A stretch of DNA of 34,021 nucleotides from positions 1 to 34,021 of the IMG/VR virus record IMGVR_UViG_3300007004_000008; one strand, given 5' to 3'. The notes under the pieces are model-generated. The model did not search any database. It saw only the letters and a list, made by a program, of their open reading frames with translations, and was not told the origin of the DNA. The number at the start of each line of letters is the position of its first letter. Position 1 is the first letter of the stretch. The DNA is from a virus (Duplodnaviria > Caudoviricetes). Shown here piece after piece: positions 26,617 to 33,657 of this stretch. The translations under genes were made by a program, and so were the position numbers.

Positions 26617-26817
26617 TCACACCTTGGCGGTTGCCGTCACGGTCACGCCGTCCGTGAGGACGTGCCACCCCTTCCGGACCAGGCGCGCGCGGGCCGTGTT
26701 CATGTCGCCCCGGTTCCGGAACTTCACGATGGCCCGTGCCTCACCGCCCGCGAACGCCAGGCTGGTCACGTCTCCGCCGCACTCCGTGATCTCGGTGCGT
26801 CGGCTCCGCTCGCTCAT
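26617..26817 (-). CDS. small LxxxGW paralog 6 of 6
   Basis: 66 aa MSERSRRTE...RLVRKGWHV...GVTVTATAKV; ATGA overlap. Confidence 0.75.
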   Translation of the reverse strand: MSERSRRTEITECGGDVTSLAFAGGEARAIVKFRNRGDMNTARARLVRKGWHVLTDGVTVTATAKV

Positions 26818-27038
26818 CCCGAGTACCTCGCGGTGGCGGTGATCGTGTTGTCGTTGTTGACCACGACCGTCCAGCCCTTGGCGCGCAGAGCGGTGGCCAC
26901 GCGGTTGGCGTGCTCCTTGCTCCGCATGGACGTTCCGGGGTACGTCGCGATCATGGACCCCGGCCCACCACTGCCGATGCTCACGCTCCGGCTCTGGGCG
27001 GTCGCCTCGCGGCGGCGTTCGTCGGCGTTCTTGGCCAT
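26814..27038 (-). CDS. small LxxxGW paralog 5 of 6
   Basis: 74 aa ...ALRAKGWTV...NTITATAR; TGATG overlap. Confidence 0.75.
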   Translation of the reverse strand: MAKNADERRREATAQSRSVSIGSGGPGSMIATYPGTSMRSKEHANRVATALRAKGWTVVVNNDNTITATARYSG

Positions 27039-27244
27039 CAGAGATCAGCCTCCATCATGATCGAAAGCCCACTGGTCCTTACGTGCCGCCACCCCTGGGC
27101 GGTGAGCTTGGCCTTGGTGCGCTGGAGGGCGTCGTGGCTCTGGCACTCAAGCACGCCGATGTAGTACCGGCCGCCCTTGATCTCGCGGCGCACGAACCTG
27201 CCTTCCACGGCGTTCAGCTGCGCCCTGCGGCTCTTCTCGCTCAC
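27038..27244 (-). CDS. small LxxxGW paralog 4 of 6
   Basis: 68 aa from GTG 27244, MSEKSRRAQ...KLTAQGWRH; GTGA overlap. Confidence 0.75.
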   Translation of the reverse strand: MSEKSRRAQLNAVEGRFVRREIKGGRYYIGVLECQSHDALQRTKAKLTAQGWRHVRTSGLSIMMEADL

Positions 27245-27453
27245 GCGACCACCACCAGGCAGCGGAGCGTCTTGCCGTCCTTGCTCACGCCCCAACCGCC
27301 GAGGCGCTGGAGACGGGACTGGGCCGTGATGGCCTCCAGGTCCGTCTTGAACGCCACCCGGGCCGTGAACACGGAGCCCTTGCGCCTGGGCTGGGAGACG
27401 CTCCCGCCCTTCAGGGCCTCCAGCTCCTTGAGGCGTGCCGCCTGGTTCTTCAC
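27241..27453 (-). CDS. small LxxxGW paralog 3 of 6
   Basis: 70 aa ...RLQRLGGWGV...GKTLRC; GTGA overlap. Confidence 0.7.
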   Translation of the reverse strand: MKNQAARLKELEALKGGSVSQPRRKGSVFTARVAFKTDLEAITAQSRLQRLGGWGVSKDGKTLRCLVVVA

Positions 27454-27656
27454 GCGGTCACCTCTGCCCGGACCGTGTTGCCGCCGTTCTTGACGCTGGT
27501 CTTCCAGCCCAGGCGACCGAACTCCGTGAGCACGTGGCGGTGGTCGTCGGCGGTCGGGGTCTGGACCTCGGCCACCACCTTCCCCTTGCTGGTGGTCACG
27601 TTGATCGTGAGATCCCTCGCGCGGGCGATCCTGCGCGCTTCACTGCCCCTGCTCAT
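27450..27656 (-). CDS. small LxxxGW paralog 2 of 6
   Basis: 68 aa from ATG 27656, MSRGSEARR...EFGRLGWKT..KNGGNTVRAE; ATGA overlap. Confidence 0.75.
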   Translation of the reverse strand: MSRGSEARRIARARDLTINVTTSKGKVVAEVQTPTADDHRHVLTEFGRLGWKTSVKNGGNTVRAEVTA

Positions 27657-27865
27657 CCGATCTTCCTCTCTGCCTTGACCTCGGTGTATCCGTTCTTGCA
27701 GCTGGCGGACCAGCCCTCCAGTTCGAACCGCTCCCGCACCGTGCGGGCCTGCTCCTTGGTGAGGCCCTTCACGGTCACGATCATGTATCCACGGCTCACC
27801 TGGAACTCGGGGCGGAACCCCCGTGCGGCGGCGCGCGCCTCGGTGCGGCGCTTGGCCTCGCTCAT
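27653..27865 (-). CDS. small LxxxGW paralog 1 of 6
   Basis: 70 aa MSEAKRRTE...RFELEGWSA..KNGYTEVKAE; GGAAGGGA RBS. Confidence 0.75.
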   Translation of the reverse strand: MSEAKRRTEARAAARGFRPEFQVSRGYMIVTVKGLTKEQARTVRERFELEGWSASCKNGYTEVKAERKIG

Positions 27866-27885
27866 GCGCTCTTCCCTTCCCGGGC

Positions 27886-27919
27886 GTTCCGGTGGCTCTT
27901 CCGCCGAACCACCGGAACG
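27886..27919 (-). terminator. hairpin upstream of the six-paralog cluster
   Basis: CGTTCCGGTGG ... CCACCGGAACG inverted repeat; no U-tract. Confidence 0.45.
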
Positions 27920-27924
27920 TCCTG

Positions 27925-28110
27925 CTATGCGGGCCGGTAGTACTTCTGACCCTTCTTGCTCTTGTCAAACCATGAGTGGTCCAGAGGCTTGGCTCTGGCC
28001 CGTCCGTTCGCGTCGGCTACGTACACCTTCCGACCCTCCACCCGGAGCACGGTCACCACGCGGTCGTTCTGCCCGCCACGCCACCGGCTGTTGATTGCCG
28101 GGACAGGCAC
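27925..28110 (-). CDS. small basic beta-rich (SH3-like) hypothetical protein
   Basis: 61 aa, SRWR...RVVTVLRVEGRKVYV pattern; purine-rich RBS. Confidence 0.6.
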   Translation of the reverse strand: MPVPAINSRWRGGQNDRVVTVLRVEGRKVYVADANGRARAKPLDHSWFDKSKKGQKYYRPA

Positions 28111-28131
28111 CTGTTCACCCCCTCTCGGGGC

Positions 28132-28605
28132 TCAGTCTGCGGCCTTACGCAACGGCCGCACGTCCTTCAGCTCCGCCCCCTTCAGCTCGTACCGCTGGCC
28201 GTCGTACCGGACCCGGAGCCGGGTGACGTGCTCGCTGAACGGGTCCCGCTCGATCCCTGCCACCGTGCCGTGGAACATCCACTGGGAGCAGCCCAGCGAC
28301 GGCCGGTAGGTAGACCTCAAAGTCACGCTCACCTTGTCCTTGAGCGCGAGGCCGTCCAGGTCGCGCTGGTGGAGCAGGTCGTACAACCACGCCAGCTGAC
28401 CGAGGATGTGGCGCTCCGGGCCGTCCGCCTCGCCCATGCGCCGGAGGCCCTCGGCGGCCGTGCGGTGGCGCTTGTCGTCCGGCTCGTGCTCGGTGCGCAT
28501 GGTCTCCAGGCGGTAGCGCTCGGAGAGGCTCACCAGCTTGTGGACCACGTCCGCCGTGATGGGCGCGTAGAGCCCGCTCGGACTGGCGATGTCGTTCACG
28601 TCCAT
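28132..28605 (-). CDS. hypothetical protein (probably leaderless)
   Basis: 157 aa from ATG 28605, 7 nt downstream of a TAAAGT -10 box. Confidence 0.65.
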   Translation of the reverse strand: MDVNDIASPSGLYAPITADVVHKLVSLSERYRLETMRTEHEPDDKRHRTAAEGLRRMGEADGPERHILGQLAWLYDLLHQRDLDGLALKDKVSVTLRSTYRPSLGCSQWMFHGTVAGIERDPFSEHVTRLRVRYDGQRYELKGAELKDVRPLRKAAD

Positions 28606-28670
28606 ACCTCCTACTTTACACCCCGTAGAGGGGGAGGGAAGAGGCGGGGTAGTGGCACCTACCCCGCCTC
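28606..28670 (-). promoter_or_regulatory. repeat module copy 5 (variant): 12-bp hairpin + TAAAGT -10, weak -35
   Basis: -10 28613-28618; CCCCG..GGGGG spacer; GAGGCGGGGTAG/CTACCCCGCCTC stem 28641-28670. Confidence 0.55.
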
Positions 28671-28676
28671 CGGGGA

Positions 28677-29924
28677 TCACGAGCGGTACGCGGTGAAGTT
28701 GCGCCCCAGGATGTCGTTCGCCACCCAGCGGGGGCGGTCCTCGTCCGTGGGGTTCAGCCACACCCCCGGGCGTCCCAGCGTCGCGGAGTTCTCGGAGCCC
28801 AGGACCTCGTACGTGCGGCCGTCCGTCCGCTCCAGCAGGTGCGCGCGGAACGGGACGTACGCGCTGGCCTCGTCGGCTACGAGGTACTTCAGCGGCCACC
28901 AGTCCGTCTCTGCGCGCTGGCCGTCCGGGTAGACGCGCTGCGCCCAGACGCCCGGCTCCCCGCCGAGGGTCTCGGAGCCGAGGACGCGGAGGCTGTCCCC
29001 GTCCGCGAGGTGGGGGAGCTGCTCCTTGAACGGCACCACGCGCACCGGCTCCGGGGAGACCGTGTACGGCAGGACCGTGGGGCCGTCCTTCCACAACTCC
29101 TTGATGGCCTTCACGCCGTCCAGGAGCGTCCAGCGGCGCGTCTTGAGGCGCTCGGCCTTGGCGTCGTCCCCGAGGCGCTCCGCCTGGTCGCGCTCGGTGG
29201 AGGCGGCGTCGGCGAGTCCCCGGACGACTCGGGCGGCCATGCGCGCCCCGTACTCGGCGGGCGAAACGGCGTGCGGGTAGGCAAGGGTGTCGTCGTCAAT
29301 GAGGATCATGGGCACGCCGTTGAGGAGCAGCACGTCCCCTTCCTTGACCTCCACGTAACGCTCCTTGGGTCCTGCCCAGGCGCTGATCACGGAGGACAGG
29401 GGGATGAGCGCGCAGTACGGGCCGGGGATGACCGGCCCCTGGTGGACGCGACGCGCCTCACCTTCAGGTCCCACGTACATGACCGAAAACCGCATCGTGC
29501 CGCGCCCGTAGCGCGAGTGCATCCGGTACACCGTGCGCGGGCCGTCCAGGGCCTCGTCCGACACCCAGTGGTCTGCGCCGTAGTTGGTCTGGGCCTTCAG
29601 CTCCACGACATGCACGGCCGGGACGACCACGGCGGCACGGCGGGCGGCCAACTCCTCGGCCTGCCGGACAGCCAGCGCCTCGTACGCGGCGGCGTCCTCG
29701 GCGCGCTGACGGCGGATGTCAGCCTCACGGCGTGCGCGGAGTTCCGCCTGGGCCAGCTTGGTGATGCAGTTGCGGCACGTCACGGTGCCGCCCTCGTGGG
29801 CCACGCCGTTGAACGAGTCCCGGCCGCAGAGGTAGAGGCTCAGTCCGTCCTGGAACCCGATGCCCTCGGCGGTCCGCGCGGGGACGTGGTGGACCTTGCT
29901 CTTGCCGCTGGTCAGCGTGTGCAT
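28677..29924 (-). CDS. multidomain hypothetical protein with N-terminal H..CG..CxxC module
   Basis: 415 aa from ATG 29924; SGKSKVHH...LCG...VTCRNC...AEDAAAYEA. Confidence 0.75.
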   Translation of the reverse strand: MHTLTSGKSKVHHVPARTAEGIGFQDGLSLYLCGRDSFNGVAHEGGTVTCRNCITKLAQAELRARREADIRRQRAEDAAAYEALAVRQAEELAARRAAVVVPAVHVVELKAQTNYGADHWVSDEALDGPRTVYRMHSRYGRGTMRFSVMYVGPEGEARRVHQGPVIPGPYCALIPLSSVISAWAGPKERYVEVKEGDVLLLNGVPMILIDDDTLAYPHAVSPAEYGARMAARVVRGLADAASTERDQAERLGDDAKAERLKTRRWTLLDGVKAIKELWKDGPTVLPYTVSPEPVRVVPFKEQLPHLADGDSLRVLGSETLGGEPGVWAQRVYPDGQRAETDWWPLKYLVADEASAYVPFRAHLLERTDGRTYEVLGSENSATLGRPGVWLNPTDEDRPRWVANDILGRNFTAYRS

Positions 29925-30030
29925 TTCGGTTCTCCCGTGTTCCGGTCGTTCCTGGTGTTGTGTCACGAACTTTACCCCCCGAGGTGGGGGAGCACAAGCG
30001 GGTGGAGCCGGTGAGTTCCGACTCCACCCG
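29925..30030 (-). promoter_or_regulatory. repeat module copy 6: hairpin + TTGTGC-N17-TAAAGT + leader
   Basis: -10 29969-29974, -35 29992-29997; stem CGGGTGGAG/CTCCACCCG 29999-30030; leader CAGGAACGACC...GGGAGAACC. Confidence 0.8.
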
Positions 30031-30036
30031 TTCGGA

Positions 30037-30246
30037 CTAGCGGGAGTACTTGAAGGACGCCACGGCCTGGGACTCCAGGCTGTAGAGCTTCAGCGCCCGG
30101 CCGCCCATGCTGTAGGCCATGAACGCCTGTCCCATCCGGGAGACGTAGCCCAGCTCCCGCTCCCCTTTGCCGCCCGTGTTGGTTTGCACCACGTAGGTGA
30201 CGCCCAGGGCCTCGGAGGCAAAGGTGCGGATCTGGATGGCGTTCAT
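30037..30246 (-). CDS. small hypothetical protein
   Basis: 69 aa from ATG 30246 with GGAGGT RBS; single-gene unit between two module copies. Confidence 0.7.
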   Translation of the reverse strand: MNAIQIRTFASEALGVTYVVQTNTGGKGERELGYVSRMGQAFMAYSMGGRALKLYSLESQAVASFKYSR

Positions 30247-30281
30247 GGGGACCTCCGGTGGGTGGTGGTTGGTGTGCCACC

Positions 30282-30312
30282 ACTTTACCCCCCGAGTCGG
30301 GGGGTCTGTCAA
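30282..30312 (-). promoter_or_regulatory. repeat module copy 7: TTGACA-N19-TAAAGT with perfect palindromic spacer
   Basis: ACCCCCCGAGTCGGGGGGT at 30287-30305; the -35 overlaps the TGA stop of the HNH gene. Confidence 0.75.
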
Positions 30313-30647
30313 ACCGCAGGACGCAGCGTCACCGGAATGGCGTAACGCCACAACTCGGCCTCGGCGGCGCGGCGGCGCGCGTGCCCGAGATAGGACCCGC
30401 TCCGGCTGTTGCACGGCCCGCACATCGGGCGGATGTTCCCCCGCCGGTACGTGCCGCCCTCGCATCCGGCCAGCGGCCAGCGGTCCACGGTGATCGTCTC
30501 GAACGTGAGCCACGTTGGACAGGTGGCACACCGGGCGCGCTTGCCGTTCCCGAACTGCTCCAGGAGCCACGCCTTGCGGCGGCGGCGCGTCTCCGCGTTG
30601 CCCCGGTCGTTCGTGTTCGACGTGCCGCGAGGCTGGGCGCGCGTCAC
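30309..30647 (-). CDS. HNH-family endonuclease
   Basis: 112 aa from GTG 30647; CATC...TVDR...GGTYRRGNIRPMCGPCNS beta-beta-alpha-metal pattern. Confidence 0.75.
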   Translation of the reverse strand: MTRAQPRGTSNTNDRGNAETRRRRKAWLLEQFGNGKRARCATCPTWLTFETITVDRWPLAGCEGGTYRRGNIRPMCGPCNSRSGSYLGHARRRAAEAELWRYAIPVTLRPAV

Positions 30648-30787
30648 CTCTTCCACCTGCCGCACTGCACGCACCGGGGCTTGGTGATGATGTTCAGCCA
30701 CGCGCCAGGCCTCGCCGGTCCGCGCCCGGCCGCCGCAGGGCGGTAGACGTGGAGCCCGAGGCGGCACAGCAACGGCTTGGGCCTCAC
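30644..30787 (-). CDS. 47-aa Zn-ribbon-like protein (LLCRLGLH...CVQCG), not in ORF track
   Basis: MRPKPLLCRLGLHVYRPAAAGRGPARPGAWLNIITKPRCVQCGRWKR; AGGAAGG RBS; GTGA overlap with HNH gene. Confidence 0.6.
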   Translation of the reverse strand: MRPKPLLCRLGLHVYRPAAAGRGPARPGAWLNIITKPRCVQCGRWKR

Positions 30788-30790
30788 TGG

Positions 30791-31210
30791 TCACACCTTC
30801 CTGAATCGGTACAGCCGGACGCCGTGGTAACGCTGGGCGAACCGCCCGTGGAAGGCGCACACGCGCACGCGGCGCGGCGGCATCCAAGGGCCGTCCTCGT
30901 CCCACACGGGCTCACGGGGCCAGACGGCCACGTGCGTGGCGGGCATGGCGTAGCGGTCCACGCACCACCGGCACGGCTTCTTGGGGAGCTGACGACGCGG
31001 AGGGGCGGCCGGGAACGCCCACCACCCGAGGTCGCGCTGTTCCTGCTCCTGGGCGTCCAGGGTGGCCAGCGCATCGGGGCAGGCCGAGACAGGCACCCAG
31101 AGGCCCGTCTCGGCGTTCGAGCACGTGAGGCACACGTCGCCAGGGGTGGTGTGTGTGCGCCACCCCTCGGCGTCGTGCGTCCCGATCTGGCCGGGCTCGT
31201 GCCTGGTCAC
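30791..31210 (-). CDS. Cys-rich hypothetical protein
   Basis: 139 aa from GTG 31210 (GTGA overlap); CLTC, CRWC and CAFH motifs. Confidence 0.55.
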   Translation of the reverse strand: MTRHEPGQIGTHDAEGWRTHTTPGDVCLTCSNAETGLWVPVSACPDALATLDAQEQEQRDLGWWAFPAAPPRRQLPKKPCRWCVDRYAMPATHVAVWPREPVWDEDGPWMPPRRVRVCAFHGRFAQRYHGVRLYRFRKV

Positions 31211-31734
31211 TTGCGCACCCAGGGCAGGCGCACGCACGTCCAGCCGCGCGCCTCGCTGGCGCCCACGTACCCGGGCTCCAGGACACCGGCGTCCACGAGG
31301 GCGCCCAGCAGGTCCTGGTAGCTCCCCCACGTCATGGCCTTGTCCACGTAGAGGTGGCCGTGGCCGGGCGTGGTGGAGGGGACGACGAACGCGGGGGCGG
31401 CCATCAAGAACGCCACATCGTCCTCGCGCCTCTTGACGCCCGTCACGCCCAGACCAGCGGCGTCCAGGGCGGTTGCCAGGGTGAGGGCCTCTGCGGTCGT
31501 CAGGGGGACGCTCAGGGCCAGCGCGCTGCCTCCGTGCTCCTTGGTGACCAGGACAGGGTGGTCCACGTCCAGGATGGGCTTGTGGAGGTCCTCGCCGTCC
31601 ACCAGGGACGTGATGACCGTGGCCTCCTCCAGGGGCGCGTCCATGATCGGCGGCGTCCGGTCCTCGTACGAGTGGGGCTGGTCGAACTCCACGAGCGCGA
31701 GGCGCTGGCCGGGGAGCGGGGACGTGATGCGCAT
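31207..31734 (-). CDS. hypothetical phage protein with DxD and STxxGHxHLY motifs
   Basis: 175 aa; HKPILDVDHP...VPSTTPGHGHLYVD...VRLPWVRK; AGGAG RBS. Confidence 0.7.
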   Translation of the reverse strand: MRITSPLPGQRLALVEFDQPHSYEDRTPPIMDAPLEEATVITSLVDGEDLHKPILDVDHPVLVTKEHGGSALALSVPLTTAEALTLATALDAAGLGVTGVKRREDDVAFLMAAPAFVVPSTTPGHGHLYVDKAMTWGSYQDLLGALVDAGVLEPGYVGASEARGWTCVRLPWVRK

Positions 31735-31765
31735 GCGGTCTCTCCTGGTGGTGTCGGGAAGGGGA

Positions 31766-31795
31766 AGGCCCGGCCCCGTGGTGGCGGCCGGGCCT
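31766..31795 (-). terminator. hairpin after 31801-32040 gene
   Basis: AGGCCCGGCC ... GGCCGGGCCT, followed by a pyrimidine run on the minus strand. Confidence 0.55.
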
Positions 31796-31800
31796 GGAGG

Positions 31801-32040
31801 CTAGCGGTCCAGCGTGGCGGTGGCCTGGCGGTCGCCCCGGGCAATGGCGGCGTCCGCGTGCTCCTCGGTGCCGCCCTGGGCGATGAACTCGGCGCGGAGG
31901 CCGTTCACCCGCTCGGTGAGCTGATGGTCAATGGCCGACACGGTGGCGGTGTCGATGGCGTCCCGCTGGCCGATGAAAGCGAAGCGAGCGAACGCGGCGC
32001 GCTGGAGGCGCTGGGCGGCAAGTGCGAGGTTGGCGTTCAT
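31801..32040 (-). CDS. small helical hypothetical protein
   Basis: 79 aa from ATG 32040 after the conserved leader. Confidence 0.7.
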   Translation of the reverse strand: MNANLALAAQRLQRAAFARFAFIGQRDAIDTATVSAIDHQLTERVNGLRAEFIAQGGTEEHADAAIARGDRQATATLDR

Positions 32041-32114
32041 GTGGTTCTCCCGGTGTCTCGGTCGTTCCGTTGTGTTGTAGGGCAACCTTAACCCCCCGGG
32101 GCGGGGGGTGTCTA
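32041..32114 (-). promoter_or_regulatory. repeat module copy 8: TAGACA-N18-TAAGGT + leader
   Basis: -10 32085-32090, -35 32109-32114; spacer palindrome ACCCCCCG-GGG-CGGGGGGT; leader GGAACGACCGAGACACCGGGAGAACC. Confidence 0.75.
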
Positions 32115-32143
32115 GCCCCGGGGACGGAAGTCACTCGAACGGA

Positions 32144-32815
32144 CTAGCTGGCGGCCTTGAGCAGGGCGTCCAGGTCGGCGCCCGGGAGGTAGCGCCACGT
32201 CACCACGTCCGCCTGGGGGACGCGGATGAGGGCGCCCGTCTCCGGGTGGAGAAGGACGGCCGTGCCGCCGTCCCAGCGGCGGAACTCGTACAGGCTGTCC
32301 GTCGCCGGGCCGACCAGAACCAGGCCCTTGGCCAGCCACGTGTCCAGCGGCACGGCGGCCGGGTAGGCCTCGGACGGGGCGGCCGTGCCCTCGGCCACCT
32401 CGGGCTCCGGCGCCTTGGTGTAGCGCTCCAGGAACCACGGCAGGGGCAGCGTGCCCGTGGAGCCGTCCAGGTGGCGGAAGGACACGCGGGGGAACGGGTG
32501 GGCGGCAACGCGGGTCACCTCGACCTCGGCGCCGTCCTCGGTGCGAACCCAAACGGTGGCGTGCTGCACATCGGCGGCGGCCACGGCCTTGGCGTCCTCG
32601 TGCTTGACGTTCTCGGCCAGCGCCTCGGCGTGAGCCTCCTCGGCGTGGACGGCGGCGATGCGGATGCAACGCTTGCAGGTGGCCGTCTCGGCCTTGACGT
32701 TCTTGGGGGCGGTGAACAGGCCGGAGCGGTGGGCGGCACCGCAGATCGTTCCGCAGTCCGTTCCCCAGTGGATGGACTTGCCGGAGCCAACGGTCACGGT
32801 GGTGGTGGCGTTCAT
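32144..32815 (-). CDS. hypothetical protein with N-terminal H..CG..CxxC module
   Basis: 223 aa from ATG 32815; GSGKSIHW...ICG...ATCKRC...AEEAHAEALAE. Confidence 0.75.
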   Translation of the reverse strand: MNATTTVTVGSGKSIHWGTDCGTICGAAHRSGLFTAPKNVKAETATCKRCIRIAAVHAEEAHAEALAENVKHEDAKAVAAADVQHATVWVRTEDGAEVEVTRVAAHPFPRVSFRHLDGSTGTLPLPWFLERYTKAPEPEVAEGTAAPSEAYPAAVPLDTWLAKGLVLVGPATDSLYEFRRWDGGTAVLLHPETGALIRVPQADVVTWRYLPGADLDALLKAAS

Positions 32816-32927
32816 CTGGTTCTCCCTGGTGTGTGTCCCGGTCGTTCCTGCTGAAGTGAACTTTACCCCCCGAGTCGGGGGGTCCGCAAGGGGGTCCGGC
32901 CAACTTCTTTCAGCCGGACCCACCTTG
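32816..32927 (-). promoter_or_regulatory. repeat module copy 9: hairpin + TTGCGG-N18-TAAAGT + leader
   Basis: -10 32860-32865, -35 32884-32889; ACCCCCCGAGTCGGGGGGT 32865-32883; stem GGGTCCGGC/GCCGGACCC. Confidence 0.85.
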
Positions 32928-32959
32928 ATTGATTCAGAAAAGCCTGACCAGCGGAAACG

Positions 32960-33550
32960 TCACACGTGGTGCTTGAACTCCACCGGCCACTCGCCGTGGA
33001 GCTTGGCGGCCAGACGGCGGGCGTAGCCCTCGGTGCCGTTGCGGCGCGAGGCCACGCGGCTGTTCACCTTCTCCACGTACGGCTCCGGGTGAACGGAGGA
33101 GTACGTGCCGTCCGGGAGCTTCACGGACAGGTGGACCACGAGCGTGGTCACGCGCCCCAGGCCCGGGGATGTGGCGAACACCTGGATGACCGGGGTCCCC
33201 TGGCGGACCTTCTCGGGGCTCCAGCCGTCCCAGTAGTGGCGGTCCTCGGGGGCGGCGGCGGCCAGCTCCGCCGACTCGTGAGCGATGGACTGGGCGATGA
33301 TCTCGGCGGCCTTGTCGTTCACCGCGCGCTCCACCCACACCAGGTCGGTGTAGCGCGCGCACCCACGGCGGCGGCCCTGGTTCTCGCCGTCCGAAACCCA
33401 GTCCGCGAGGTAGGTGATGCCGTACTTCTGGCGCGTGATCTCCAGGTTCTCCTCCCGGATCACGTGCACCGGCTGGGCGGCCGGGTTCATCACGATGGTG
33501 TCGGTGTCCAGCAGTTCGCGGACGGGGATCTGGATGACGTTGGTGTTCAT
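32960..33550 (-). CDS. hypothetical protein
   Basis: 196 aa from ATG 33550 after the conserved leader; two domains joined by an Ala/Glu helix. Confidence 0.7.
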   Translation of the reverse strand: MNTNVIQIPVRELLDTDTIVMNPAAQPVHVIREENLEITRQKYGITYLADWVSDGENQGRRRGCARYTDLVWVERAVNDKAAEIIAQSIAHESAELAAAAPEDRHYWDGWSPEKVRQGTPVIQVFATSPGLGRVTTLVVHLSVKLPDGTYSSVHPEPYVEKVNSRVASRRNGTEGYARRLAAKLHGEWPVEFKHHV

Positions 33551-33657
33551 GGGGTTCTCCCTGCTCAGTGGCTGGTCGTTCCTGCTGACCTGAACTTTAC
33601 CCCCCGACCCCCGGGCAGCACAAGGGGCCTGACCAGCGTCTTTGGTCAGGCCCCCTG
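33551..33657 (-). promoter_or_regulatory. repeat module copy 10: hairpin + TTGTGC-N18-TAAAGT + leader
   Basis: -10 33594-33599, -35 33618-33623; 38-bp identity with 26573-26610. Confidence 0.85.

Noticed and set aside
28677-32815. SGKS near the N-termini of two proteins as a Walker A motif
   Set aside because: It lies within the first ~15 residues with no full GxxxxGK[ST] context or Walker B; it is part of the shared Zn-module strand.
25851-33657. Hairpins as integron attC sites
   Set aside because: No GTTRRRY/RYYYAAC core ends, no tyrosine recombinase in the window, and the units carry their own promoters, unlike typical integron cassettes.
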